Notes: generated by a model from the letters alone, not told the origin. 64,000 nt of DNA from Heteronotia binoei (GCF_032191835.1 NC_083229.1:79298001-79362000); one strand, 5' to 3'; positions 14,050 to 26,100 are shown, counted from the first letter of the stretch. Made by a program: numbers and translations.

Positions 14050-15420
14050 CAGGTCTAGAAGTTTTAGAACAAATCATCAAATGTTACTAAGTGATTACTA
14101 AGAGCCAGCATGGTTTCTCAAGAACAAGTGATGTCAGACTAACCTTATCTCTCTTTTTTTAAATATAAAGTTACTACCTACAGTTGTCAGGTCCAACTCA
14201 GAAAATATCTTGGGATTTGGGGATGGAACTGGGAGACTTTGGGGGTGGAGCTGGAAGACTCCCATTCCTTAAAATAAATAAATAAAAATACAGCAATGCA
14301 GTTCCCCTGAATACATTTTCTCATCCCCCCAGCAGCTGCAGTTCCACTAAATGAAAGTGAACACAAAGCAGCCAAAATAAACACTTTTGTGATCTCACTT
14401 GGGCAATTTACTCATGGGAGTTGCTGATGTAACCATTTGCTGTATTTCAACCAGCTTCTTCAGACTAACAGGAAAATGAAAGCAGAGAAGCTTAGGGAGT
14501 GGAGTTTTCCTCCAAACAAACAGAGGGACTCTGCTGGCTTCTCTTCCTTTCTCACATGCTTCACACACTCACCAGGAAGACCCATGTGGCTCTGCCTGCT
14601 CACCCTGCCATTCAGCTTTCTTCTTGCTCAGATTTAAAGGCACACACACAGTCCAAAACACAGGCAGTTTGCATGTTTCTTTTAAGCCTACACAGATTTA
14701 AAGGCACATGGTGGCTGTTGGGCTGGGCTTTCCCTTGGTGGCCAGCTTGCTGGTGGCAGGGAGGAGCCTGCAAAACTGAGGACCCCACTGGGACCTGGGG
14801 ACTATCAAGCCTATTATTACCTTGCTGGATCAGAGGAATGCTGTAGACATAGTTTATCTTGATTTCATTAAGGCTTTTGAGAAGGTTCCACCTAATATTC
14901 TTGTTGAGAAATTGGTAACATGTGGTTTGGATTCTGTTACTGTTGGGTGGATCTGTAGCTGGATAATAGATCACATCCAAAAGAGTGCATGTTAATGGTT
15001 CCTCATTTTCTTGGAGAGGAGTGACGAGTGGATTACCTCAAGGATCTATCCTGGAACCTGTTTTGTTTAATATCTATAAATGATTTGGATGAAGAGGGAA
15101 TTGATGAAGGAATAGAAGAAATGTTTATTAAATTTGCAGATAAACTAAATTGGGAGGGATAGCAGCTACTGTAGAAAACAGAGTCAGGATACAGGATAAT
15201 CTTGACAGGCTGGAAAATTTGGCTAAAACAAATAAGAAAATTATTTTTAACAGGGATAAATGTAAAGTTCTGCATTTAGGTAGGAAAAATCCTATGCATC
15301 ATTATAGGATGGGAGAGACTTGTCTTGGCAGTAGTTTATGCAAAAAGGATCTAGGGGTCTCAGTGGACCATACACTGAACATGAGTCAGCTGTGTGATGC
15401 AGTAGCTAAGAAGGCCAATC
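14050..15420 (+). mobile_element. CR1 LINE RT fragment, interrupted by a hAT MITE
   Basis: Degenerate SQHGF..CQTNL..KVTT, then [65 protein letters not shown]: CR1 RT motifs with frameshifts. Confidence 0.9.
14179..14813 (-). mobile_element. hAT (Blackjack-like TIR) non-autonomous element inserted in CR1
   Basis: Degenerate TIRs TACAGTTGTCA / ATCAAGCCTA; TSD TTACTACC / TTATTACC (7/8); interior homologous to 59322-59958. Confidence 0.8.
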
Positions 15421-16108
15421 AGGGCTTGTACCATTGAATAAGCAATGGAGGCAGCTGCCTATAACAGCATCTTGCCACAGGGGGCACCAGCTGGGGCAAC
15501 CTCCTGCAGGCCAAAAGAACTCAGAAGAAAGAGGAAGAAGCACCAGCTGATTAAAGGCAACCGTGACAGGCCGGGGAGGGTGGCAGCGGTGCCCAGCGAG
15601 TAGCTGGTTTCGGCAGCAGCACTGGGCGCTGGGGTTGGTGGTTGGGGTCACTGGGGCTGGGCTGCCAGGTGTTGCCACTGCTGACCAGAGCCACCTCCTC
15701 CAACTTCTGCCTGCTCTTCCCACATCCTGGCTCCACACTGCTGGACCGTGGTGGAGGGGGGTACATGTGAACCATGGAAGGGTTGGGGGAGAAACAGATG
15801 GAAGCATCCCCTCCAGGCAGCATTGGCAACATCCCGCCACCAGCAAGGGGAGAGGGAACAAGGATGAAGGAAGAGGGGGAAAGACGGGGAAGCGGTGGCA
15901 GCCCCAGCTCCCCTGCTGCAGCTCGGCCTCTTCTTCCTAGATGTGCAGAAGCAGAAGGACAAGAAGGAGGAGGTGGCAGTGGCATCTGCAGCTCTGTCTC
16001 CAGCACTGGCTGGCTGTGTGCTCTGGGCAGCCATGAGCAGAGGGGGTCTACTTAGCTTGGTTGCATCCTCTGCGTCACCTCTGAGCTGTCCATAGTGTGT
16101 ATGAGAGA

Positions 16109-16330
16109 GGGACGGTGGCTCAATGCTAGAGCATCTGCTTGGTAAGCAGAAGGTCCCAGGTTCAATACCCGGCATGTCCAACTAAAAAGGGTCCAGGCAA
16201 ATAGGTGTGAAAAACCTCAGCTTGAGACCCTGGAGAGCCACCACCAGTCTGAGTAGACAATACTGACTATGATGGACCAAGGGTCTGATTCAGTATAAGG
16301 TAGCTTCATATGTTCATATATGTTCATATG
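16109..16330 (+). mobile_element. tRNA-derived SINE (Squam2/Anolis SINE2-like), near full length
   Basis: A box GGTGGCTCAATGCTAGAG, B box GGTTCAATACC, conserved body, (CATATGTT)n tail. Confidence 0.85.
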
Positions 16331-16335
16331 TCCTC

Positions 16336-16360
16336 GCCAGCCAGCCAGCCAGCCAGCCAC
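16336..16360. repeat. (CCAG)n microsatellite
   Basis: gccagccagccagccagccagccac. Confidence 0.9.
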
Positions 16361-16519
16361 CCAAACCCACCTGCCTGATCCTCCAGTATCCTTTCATTTG
16401 CCACTGCCAAGCCTCTTCTCTCTCCCCCTCCAGCCTTCCCTTCAATTTTACCCCTCCCCCAAACTCTGGCTGCAAGTAAAGTATCTTCATGAATCCCAAG
16501 ATTTTGTATATATGGGTTC

Positions 16520-16720
16520 ATTTCTCCTGGGGTCAGGCGACAATTTTTCTCCACATCACTTTTGCCAAGGATCCTGGAGGTTGTTTGGCATCTTCTGAGC
16601 ATGGAACAGGAGTTGTGTGTCTGTGGGGGGGGGGGGGGGGGCGTTATTTGTGAATTCCTGCATTGTGCAGGGGATTGGACTAGATAACCCTTGAGGTCCC
16701 TTTCAATTCTATGATTCTAA
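16520..16720 (+). mobile_element. CR1 LINE 3' UTR and tail
   Basis: GAATTCCTGCATTGTGCAGGGGATTGGACTAGATAACCCTTGAGGTCCCTTTCAATTCTATGATTCTA, a typical CR1 terminus. Confidence 0.8.
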
Positions 16721-17575
16721 GGCCAGCTGTGATTATGTATTGATTAAGGAATATTTTTGTTCTTTTAAAAAATCCTTGGGGTCAATGAAGCTGAGAAGGC
16801 TGACCTATGAGGGGTTAGGGGAAGGTGTGATGAGGAAGGGAAAGCCCAAAGAGGATGGCCATTAGAGGAGTACTTAGAGCCCTGCATGATCCTGCCCTAG
16901 CACAGAAGGCATTAGAGGATGCTAGGGTAGGCCTGCCCTGAGGAAGCCATTTGCATGACTGAGGAAAGGTCAGGGAGGAAGTGCCAGGTGTCTCCATTGC
17001 TATCTGAGGAGATTAGGGTGGCTGAAGAGAGAGGACCGAGGGTGCTTTAAGCCCCCTCCTCTCTGCATTCTGAGACTTTCATTGAGGCCCGCTGAAGAAA
17101 AAGGTCCTTGAGTATGTAGCCACCCCAAACTCCAGTCTTGGGAAGGAAAAACTAACTAGGGAGAAAGGAAATTCTGCAATTTTTTTTCTGGCTCAGATGT
17201 ATAGTCTAGATTGAAATGAATTGGTCATATTGAAGGCAAGTCATATGAGGCAACTTGCATTTTAGAAATGCAAACCTCAGCAGCCTCTGCCCTGTGAAGG
17301 GCCTACATTTTATGCTGCACACTATATCATTTGTGATAGAGTAGGTAATGTGAATATGTTGTTATATACATGATTATTATGATGGTTTTAAAAACTACAT
17401 TAGGAATCAGGAGCTGTATTTCAAGTGAGATTTTTCTTAAGCACCTGTTTACATAGGAGTGAAATTGCCAAGGACAGTTGAAGAGTAATTGTAATATTGC
17501 CCCTCAGGGCTGTCTGAAAACATTTTAACATAAAAAAGGTCCCCATTTTCTTGACTGTCTCTCAGAACAGTTAAG

Positions 17576-18629
17576 GGAGCCAGCATAGTGTAGTGGTTAA
17601 GAGTGGCAGATTCTTATTTGGGCAACTGGGTTTGATTCCCCACTTCTTCACAAGCAGCCCTACTCCTCCACAAGCACAAGTGATAGGCTTGCCGATTCCC
17701 AGGTCCCAGCGGGGGTTCTCCTGCTTTCTCAGTCTCCTTCCTGCCCCCAGTCAGCTGGCCGGTGGGGGGAAGCCTCGCCCCCACAGCCATCATGTGACTT
17801 TCCACCTCCAGAGGCTTCAATCTCTATTGGAAAGCCTTCCTCTTTGGATGGTGTGTCTGCATCTTTAAGGCTGAAGGGGAGTGGGGTGGGAGGAGAAGGC
17901 AGAACAACATGGCTGTGAAAGGAGCCCAGACCCTCCGTTTGTTGCACAATCTTTGCAGAGGTCGTTTGCATACTGTGAAGGTAAACTTGAACCTTTGGTT
18001 GCCCTGTGTTACTGTGAAAAACTGGGAAGTTCAGCAACTCGTGAGTAGGGGTGCCAATCCCCAGGTGGGGGCAGGGGGTCCCCGGTTTGGAGGCCCTCCG
18101 GAGCTTCAGGGTCATAGAACCAGGGGGGGGAGGAAAGGAAATGTCTGCTGGGCCATAGGATATAATGGAGAATTAATCCCAGGGTATCTTGGACTCTGGA
18201 GGGACAGTTGCTTTAGGCAGAGGTACCAAATTTAATGCCGGGAGGGGGAGAATTCTGGGTCTCCTCAAAATGCTCTCCAATTCCAGTGGGTCCAATTCTA
18301 TGAGCCCCAAAAGAAGGTGCCCCTATCCTTCATTATTTCTAATGTAGGGAAGGCATTAAAAAGGTATGTGGTCCCCGTAAATGTGATGGCCAGAACTCCC
18401 TTTGGAGTTCAGTTGCGCTTGTCACAACTTTGCTTATGGCTCCACCCCCAAAGTCCCCAGATATTTCTTGAATTGGACTTTGCAACCCTAACAAGTGATC
18501 TTGGGTCAGTCACAGCTCTCTCATAAGTCTCTCAGTGTCTGTTGTGGGGAGAGGAAGGGAAAGTAATTGTAAGCCACCCCAGGACTTCCTCGTGTAGTGA
18601 AGGGTGAGGTATAAAACCAACTCTTCTTC
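17576..18629 (+). mobile_element. Squam3-like (MIR/Ther1-related) SINE split by a hAT insertion
   Basis: Head GGAGCCAGCATAGTGTAGTGGTTAAGAG..GGGTTTGATTCCCCAC; body resumes at 18491 and ends TATAAAACCAACTCTTCTT. Confidence 0.85.
17684..18490 (+). mobile_element. Composite hAT (Blackjack-like) non-autonomous element, 807 bp
   Basis: TIRs TAGGCTTGCC / TTGCAACCCTA; perfect 8-bp TSD ACAAGTGA (17676-17683 and 18491-18498); second internal left end at about 18047. Confidence 0.9.
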
Positions 18630-19912
18630 CTAACTTAGCTTGTATTTTGATATAAGTGAGTTTCAACAGAAATCTTGGGGAGGGGGGGGGTCAAAAATAT
18701 TCTGAAAAGGGTTTCCTCCAAAGTTTTTTTTTTTAGTTTTAATATCAAAAGAAAGTTTCAATGCGGGGGGGGGGGGGATTCTGAGTTTCTTTCTGCTGTT
18801 CCTTTTGTTCCCCTGGGGATTAAAAGATTTTATAGTCATATTAGTCTTTCATAAGTTAATTCTTTTCTGAAAAAGAAACTTCCTGATCTGGAGTGTGTGA
18901 ACCCAACCTTCTTTGATTGGCCTATTCAAATATAATCACTCCCAGTGGATAGGTGGTTCATTAGTCCATGAATATTTATAGTCCCTTGTAAAATTGGCTA
19001 GCCCTGAATTGTCACAGTCACATCCTTATTGTATCGATGAGCATGTAAAGGGATTAAATCAGTTGTCTATGTCTTATCTCTCGTAATCACATACATGGTT
19101 TCCCTTTTATTCATGTAAAGGTCTAGGGTTTTTTTTAATAGTTTCATTGAATTTCACTTCTACATATTAAGTATCATTGCATTCAAATAAGCATGAGGTC
19201 CAAAATTTACAATTGCCAACAATTTTAACTTAATTCTCATATGTCAGTGTCTGTCTCTGTGCACAGAAAATTAAGTTGCAATTGTTGGCATATATATTTT
19301 ATTTGTTTGTTTTATTTCTGTCTTGACTTTTGATATGGAAAGATTATATGAGACAATAAAATGTAGTTAAATAAGGGGTGTTTCCATCTTGTTTGTCACA
19401 TGGTGTTGCACTGAGGTGGTATTAAATTGCAGGCTATGCTACAACTTGTCATTGGTTATTAAACTGATAAGGTTTTTTATTTTAATTAGTAATAAGTGGT
19501 TGTTGGCTTCAGTGGACTTAGAAAGGTATAACTGTGCTTAGGATTTCACCGCCAGTAAGCTTCATGCAGATCTGATATGGGAGTCTCCTAGATCAAGGAA
19601 GGGGTGGGGGGAAACCATACATGCCACCTTGAGTTTCTTGAAGGAAGGACAGAATAAACATTCTCTGAATGGGTAATTAAATCCTAGTTTGGCACTCTAA
19701 TCATTATAGTGCAGTGCCTCTCTGTCAAACATATACTGTAAAATGGGAGCTGATGATTTTTGATAAGTAAACAAAACTGAGCTTTATAATATTCAAAAGT
19801 GGAAGTAAATAATCTTTGGCTTGCATTTAGTAAAAACTCATGGAAGGAGCTGATCTTTCCCCACCTTGTCCTTTCCTAAGCAACGTGCCCATTTGCCCTG
19901 TGACTCCTCTCT

Positions 19913-20193
19913 GAAGAAGAAGAAGATGATATTGGATTTATATCCCGCCCTCCACTTCGGAGAGTCTCAGAGTGGCTCACAATCTCCTTTACCTTCCTCC
20001 CCCACAACAGACACCCTGTGAGGTGGGTGGGGCTGGAAAGGGCTCTCACAGCAGCTGCCCTTTCAAGAACAACCTCTGCCAGAGCTATGGCTGACCCAAG
20101 GCCATGCTAGCAGGTGCAAGTGGAGGAGTGGGGAATCAAACCCAGACACTTAACCACTACATCAAATTGGCTCTCCACACCAAACTGGCTCTC
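19913..20193 (-). mobile_element. Squam3-like SINE, young copy
   Basis: (GAA)n tail on +, body homologous to 30253-30545, tRNA-like head with an internal deletion and a duplicated 5' end. Confidence 0.9.
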
Positions 20194-20659
20194 AGAGACA
20201 CTCAGGACATCAGGAGAGTCTCACAAACAAAATGCACTTTTGGACAGGGTGCTCCAGTTACAAAGTGGAATTGAGGTAAAATTGCTTCCTTCATCCTGCT
20301 TGATTTAAATCAGCAAAATAAGAGATTTTGCCTGATCTCCCTGGGATACTGCAGCACCCTGTCTTGTGGTTTGTAAGGCTCTCCTGACCTTGAGAGAATT
20401 ATTTGAGAACAACAGTTTGAAGAAAACTTCTGAGAGAGAAATGCCTTATTTTTGACCTAGGTTTATTAGCAATAGAACAATTAACAGGCATTCTCACATT
20501 CTGACATGTTACTGTTTTATGGCTTCTCACGCTAATGCAACCCAGATCAAAGGTTTTCTGAATTTGTTAATTTTACTATTCTGCTATTGGTTTTTAACTT
20601 CGTGCCACTTGGTATTCCAAACCCCACCAGCTGTATGTGGCTCTGCTTACTGTACCTCA

Positions 20660-20750
20660 TTCCTCGTCTGAAGAAGTGTGCATACACACGAAAGCTTATG
20701 TTCTGAATAAAACTCAGTTGGTCTTAAAGGTGCAATTGACTCCTATTTTG
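20660..20750 (+). mobile_element. Penelope-like element terminal fragment
   Basis: CTGAAGAAGTGTGCATACACACGAAAGCTTATG..GAATAAAAC..GTTGGTCTTAAAGGTGC, resembling reptile Penelope pseudo-LTRs as I recall them. Confidence 0.65.
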
Positions 20751-21023
20751 TTCTTCAAACAGTTAATTCCTTAGGGGAGACAAGGAAAGTTCTACTCCAT
20801 CAACTTCTGTGAATTTTTCCACTGGATCTAACCCATGATAAACAAAATACTTAAATTAATTGGTGTGTAGAGATTTATTCATCTGATAATTAATAAAAGA
20901 CAATTTCTTTTCTGCACAGTTATTATTTTTCTGTCAGTCTTCATTTTGCTTATATACTTTCAGAATTTGTACACAACAGCATAATCATGTCACTTTGTTT
21001 CCCATTGCTTTCTTGTTTGAATT

Positions 21024-21288
21024 GAGAGCCGGTCTGGTATAATGGTTAAGTGCGTAGACTTTTATCCGGGAGAACCAAGTTTGATTCCACATTCCTCCAC
21101 ATGCAACTACTGGAATGACCTTGGGTCAGTCACAGTTCTTGAAAGAGCTGCTCTCTCAAGAGCAGTTTCTGTCAGAGCTCTCTCAGCCCTGCCTACTTCA
21201 AAGAGTGTGGGAAGGGAAAGCAGATTGAAAGCTGCTCTGAGACTCCTTCAGATAGTGAAGGGTGGGGTATAAATCCTACTTCTCCTCC
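21024..21288 (+). mobile_element. Squam3-like SINE
   Basis: GAGAGCCGGTCTGGTATAATGGTTAAG head; ends GGGTATAAATCC..CTT. Confidence 0.85.
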
Positions 21289-21502
21289 AGTATTTGAAAT
21301 AATTTATTCTTCCTGCAGTAACTGTATAAGCCAGGGGTGTCAAACTCATGAGGGCCGGATCTCACTTAAATGAGACCTTGTTGGGCCAGGCCATGTGTGT
21401 CATAAAATGTAATGCCAAGTAACAGAGATATAAACTTTATGAAGAACAAAGACAAACAAGTTTTTTTAAAAAAAACCCTTAAAATAAAACATACTTAAAA
21501 GA

Positions 21503-22614
21503 GCAAGAAATATTTGGGAACTTGGGGGTGGAGCTGGGAGCAAGGGTGTGACTGGCATGCTTGAACTCTGAAAGGAGTTCTGGTAATCACATTTAAAGGA
21601 ACTGCATGCATTTTAAATGCTTTCCCTCCATTTGGAATAATGAAGGATAGGAGCACCTTCTTTGGGGGTTCATAGAATTGGATCCCTTGGTCCAATCTTT
21701 TTGAAACCTGAGGGGTGTTTTGAGGAAAGGCACCAGATGCTATGCTGAAAATTAGGTGCTTCTGCCTAAAAAAAAAAATAGCTTCCCCGGAGCCCCAGAT
21801 ACCCAAGTATTCATTCTCCATTATACCTTATGGGAATCTGTCTCTATAGAGCAGGGGTGTCAAACATGCAGCCCGGAGGCAAAATCAGGCCCCCGGAAGG
21901 CTCATATCAAGCCCCCGAGCAACAGACTCTTTTCTGCTTCCTTCTCCCTCTCTTGCTTTCTTCTGCATCTCAGCTTGCTTTGCAAGGCTTGCTCAATTGT
22001 ACAGGAGCTACAGCGCAAAACCACAGTTTTCTCCATTGGTTGAGGCTTCTCCTCCTCCTGGTCCCCTGGGGAGAGAGGGAAAGAGCCAGAGCTTCCTTTG
22101 CCCAGTTCCCTGGATCTCATGGGAAAAATACAAAGAAAGCACCTTTAAGACCAACAAGTGCTAACGTTTTAAGCATGTTTTATTTTAAGGGCTTAAAAAA
22201 AATCTTTAGTTGTTTTTGTCTGTGTCCTTTAAAAAGTTTATATCTCTGCTACCTAATCTTAAATACGTACACCCATGGCCCAGCCCAACATGGCCTGCCC
22301 AGCCCAACAAGGTCTAATTTATGTCAGATCCAGCCTTCATAACAAATGAGTTTGACACCCCTGCCATAAAGTATAACAGAGTGCCCAGCAGACATTTCCC
22401 TCCCCCCTCCACTTTCTGATGACTCTGAAGCAGGGGGAGGGCCTCTAAACCAGGAGATCCTCTGCCTCCAACTAGGGATTAGACAAAACAGGAAACAACA
22501 GTGTAAATATTAGTGAAAAATACAAAACCATTGTGTTTTTGTATATTGTTGTTTTGTATATTTTTGTACACAGTGGTTTTGTATATTTCACACAACTGCG
22601 AATTGGCAACCCTA
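21503..22614 (-). mobile_element. hAT (Blackjack-like) MITE nested in the outer MITE, one end truncated
   Basis: Reverse complement of 60065-60592 across 21503-21851 and 22372-22478; TIR TGGCAACCCTA ends at 22614. Confidence 0.8.
21852..22363 (+). mobile_element. hAT MITE (innermost of the nest)
   Basis: TIRs CAGGGGTGTCAAAC / GTTTGACACCCCTG; flanks CTATAGAG and CCATAAAG (6/8). Confidence 0.88.
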
Positions 22615-24895
22615 TCTTTCTCTCCCTCCCTCTTCCTCCCCAGGGAATGAGGACAGGAAGGCGCCTCAGCCGATAGAAGGAATAGAGGCTTGGCTCAGTA
22701 GCTCTGCTGTGGGATTGAGAGAGCCTGGCAAAGCATGCTGCCCCTCCCCTCTTCTCCCCAAGGAAGGAGCCTCAGCTAATGGAGAAAATAGGCTTTGCTC
22801 TGTAGCTCCTGTGCAGTTGAGCAAGCCTGGCAAAGCAAGGTATGATGCAGAAGGAAGCAAGAGAGAAAGAGAAGGAAGAAGATGACAGCCAGTTGCTCAG
22901 GGGCCTGAAAGAAGCCCGCTGGGGGCCTGATTTGGTCCCCTTGCCACACATTTGACACCTCTGAAAGCACTGAGCTCTCTACATTCACAAATAGTACACT
23001 GATATAAATCTGTAAGTAGGCAAACATAAATTTTAACCCCATGTTTTTTCTTACTGTTTTCCTAATATTGTTCCAGAAAACATTTATAAAAAGAGATGTC
23101 TACTACGTGTGGGGAAGCAGCCTCTTTTTTAGGTTTTTCAAAATTTTGTCTGTTACTGTAATTTCATTTAGGTCACATTCAGTTGTGATGACAGACTTCT
23201 GGTTCTCTCTGATGAGCATGAACACAGCTTGTTTGTAGAACTCACGGGCTCCCTCTATCCTTTCCCCTTCTCCTTATCATGCATGTGGAGTATGATTGAA
23301 GCCTTTTTGGTTGCAAAGCTTTTTATCAAACTTCAGTTTGCTGTGATATCAGAATGAATATATTTACACAAGGGTATGTTGTTTACAATAGGAAGATTTC
23401 CATTAGGAAACAGAAGCACTGTTTACTGTGAAATATCAATTTTTGCAAGCATGTTGGTAAAATTCCTGACTATATCTATGAAATAGCTTGTTAGAATAAG
23501 TTAACTCTGCACCTTGGGGGCAAAATTAAAAAAGAATTCAGTCTGCTCAGTACCCCAACAGATTGGCTCCTTTACTGCATCCACATCTATCTTTCCCTTC
23601 TCAGCAACATACCTATAATGCAGATTCGTTACCTCTTAACAAATGCTAAGTAATATTTTTGTTCATGTAATTAGAGTGGTTGAACTGATGGGCCTTTCCC
23701 ATTCTTTTAGAGTATTAAACGGAAAGTGGTGAAAATACTCTTTAATTTATTTAATCTGGGATTAAAGATGCTGATTAACATAGGAATGAAATGCTTCTCT
23801 AAGTATGTTTTAAAAGTGCAATAAATCCAGACTTCATGTAATTTTTTAAACATCCAGATCCTATGAACAAAAGAGTGATCACAGGAAACTAATTTTAATT
23901 GAATGATTTTGAAAATGGTGACTTAGGGTGTGGTATTTATTCAAGGCTAATTATTTTGGAATATATAAATATATTCTGAAATCAGTCTTCAGCTTCAGAA
24001 GTGAGCCAGTATACATGTCAAAAGAAGAGAGTTTGGGAGCATTAAATTCTCAGTTTGTATTTGTATATTTGCAGCATTATGGCTGTGTTTTCTGAATTGA
24101 CTTCTTGCCTTGAGGCACCTTTCTCTCCTCCTCTCCCAGTGATCCTGGCTGTACTGACCTTGTAGCTTGTGATGGGAACAGAGAAGATGACATTGAAACA
24201 TTGGTGCTTTTCCATTAATGACAATAAGTAGGCTGAAGTTTCCTTCCTTTCATAGAACAGCTGGCCCAAGCTCAATGTATAAAAAAGTATGGAGCAACAC
24301 AATTGAGAAGTCAGTTTTGACAGTATAATCTTGAACAGAGGTATGCCCTTCTCAATTCTTTAAATCGAAGGGCTTAGAAAGGTGCAGTTCTCCTTAGGAT
24401 TTCACTGTGCGGTTCTCCTTAGGATTTCACCATATTTGCTATGTTACAAAGGAAGGAAGAAAACACTGTACAGTGACACTTTCCCATAGTTTTTTCTCCT
24501 TTTATGATGGCTGAGGTGAGATTTTTCATAGGTTCCACTGACATTTTTCATTATTTCTTTGATATTTCCATATATGGCCTTATTTTAGAAAGCTAGAAAA
24601 AGAGCCACACTTATTACATAAAGGAAGCAAGTTTCCACACTCCTGCCACAAACACCTCAAACACAAGAAAGACAGTAGTGTCAAGCCAGAACCCAACAGC
24701 AAGGTATATTTCATGGGGTTGGGATGTTTCTGGTGCCCTTGAAGCCTGTACATTAGCTCTTATTTAAGTTCCCAGCAGTGCAGAAAGGTCTTGGAAGAGT
24801 CAACTGAGTGCCAGTTTCATAGTGAGTTTCTCTCCTTCCCAGTAGCTGCAAGAAGCCCCCTCCTCAAAGTGTGACTTTACAGAACTCAGTAGTTG

Positions 24896-26100
24896 TGTAA
24901 GCCAAATTGCCCTAAAAATAAGTTTGGGGAATTAGTTTGGTGGGCAACTAGGCTGTAGTGAGATCAGGTTCTATGTATACAGAAGATGTCTCCTTTGGAA
25001 GTCACCCAATAACGAAGAGATGTCTAATAATCAATGGTATTTATTATAAAATAGAGACAAGCATACAAGGATATAAAATCATTCACCATACATACATACC
25101 TAGGAAAACAGCATGAAATAGACAGAGGTAACACAAAGGATGGACAAACAGGGCAATACAATTACCTATCATAGTCTTCAAGGAAGGCTCCAATGGCAAC
25201 GAAAAAGGGGATAGGGGAAAGGACCCTCAACTGATCAGGTATTGGGGGCGTATCTAAACAGCAGGGTAGGGGTACTGTCAGATGCACACCTGGGGGACGT
25301 TGGGTCAGAGGTTATAAGGACTCCCTTGAACCCTAAGGGGGAGGGAGGTCCAAGGACCTGTGACACAGGGTCAGGTGGGTCATGATGCTGTGACACGTAG
25401 CACATGACCTCAAAAAAGGGGAGGCTCCAATATGACAATTGTGCAAAACATGGGTTGAAGGGATTAAAACAAGCTACACAAACTTATCTAAAATGACAAT
25501 GAGGGATGAATTGATATCTAAGGTGACACCCAATTTACACAATAGCTCTGGCTCTGGATGAAGACTGGTCTTTCTCTTCTTCCTCCTCTGGCGGGCATCA
25601 TCTTTTGGTGAACATCCCATTTGACAAAGGCTTGGGCAGTCTGGCAGGATACACGCCTAAGATAAGCATAATGGCCTTATGCGGATGTCTGAGGCAACCG
25701 CTGGATACATGGGGCTCCCGCTTCTCCCTCATGGAGTCTGGAAGTGCATGAGATGGTTGCTAGTGGTGTTAGCTTTGGTAATGGCTTCCATTGAAAAGGG
25801 CTGAAAAACCACTTGACTGGACGCTCATGGCGGCGCAACTTCTTCCACTGCAACAGCCTGGATTGAACATGCACGGGGAGGCTGGGAGGTTGCTTCACTT
25901 CTGGCTAGCACCCATTCAGAAATAGAAAGTACTGCTGTAAATATGAGGCCTTTAGTAGCCACATAAGTCTGTTAGGAAATGGCAGGCCAAACCCAAGTCT
26001 TAGCACAGATGTGTGCGAGTTGAAACTCTAGGCACCCTGGCAATCACACCAGTGATCATGATGTCTATATTTAAATACAAATAGGGGGTTCTTGCTCACA
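24896..26100 (-). mobile_element. Solo LTR (about 1.2 kb), ERV- or Gypsy-type
   Basis: TGTAAGC...CTCACA termini; homologous to 48755-50085; minus-strand TATA-like CTTATAA (about 25315) and AATAAA (about 25040). The TSD is ambiguous: GTTG/GTGG, or GTAGT/GTGGT if the start is 24894. Confidence 0.75.

Larger units (their letters stand above)
21332..22963 (-). mobile_element. Outer hAT MITE (CAGGGGTGTCAAA TIR family) containing nested insertions
   Basis: CAGGGGTGTCAAAC at 21332 and TTTGACACCTCTG ending at 22963; the two halves are reverse-complement homologs of 21852-22363. No clear TSD. Confidence 0.7.

Noticed and set aside
16109-16180. tRNA gene
   Set aside because: The tRNA-like head continues into a SINE body and tail repeated elsewhere in the window; it has no clean cloverleaf.
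15406-16181. Several overlapping 120-177 aa ORFs on both strands
   Set aside because: GC-rich, low-complexity sequence lacking stops by composition; no domain or splice evidence.
20964-20984. Terminal ZNF521 exon (ttttcag|AATTTGTACACAACAGCATAA, NLYTTA*)
   Set aside because: It has a plausible acceptor but lacks the two His residues needed to complete the zinc finger, and there is no supporting evidence.
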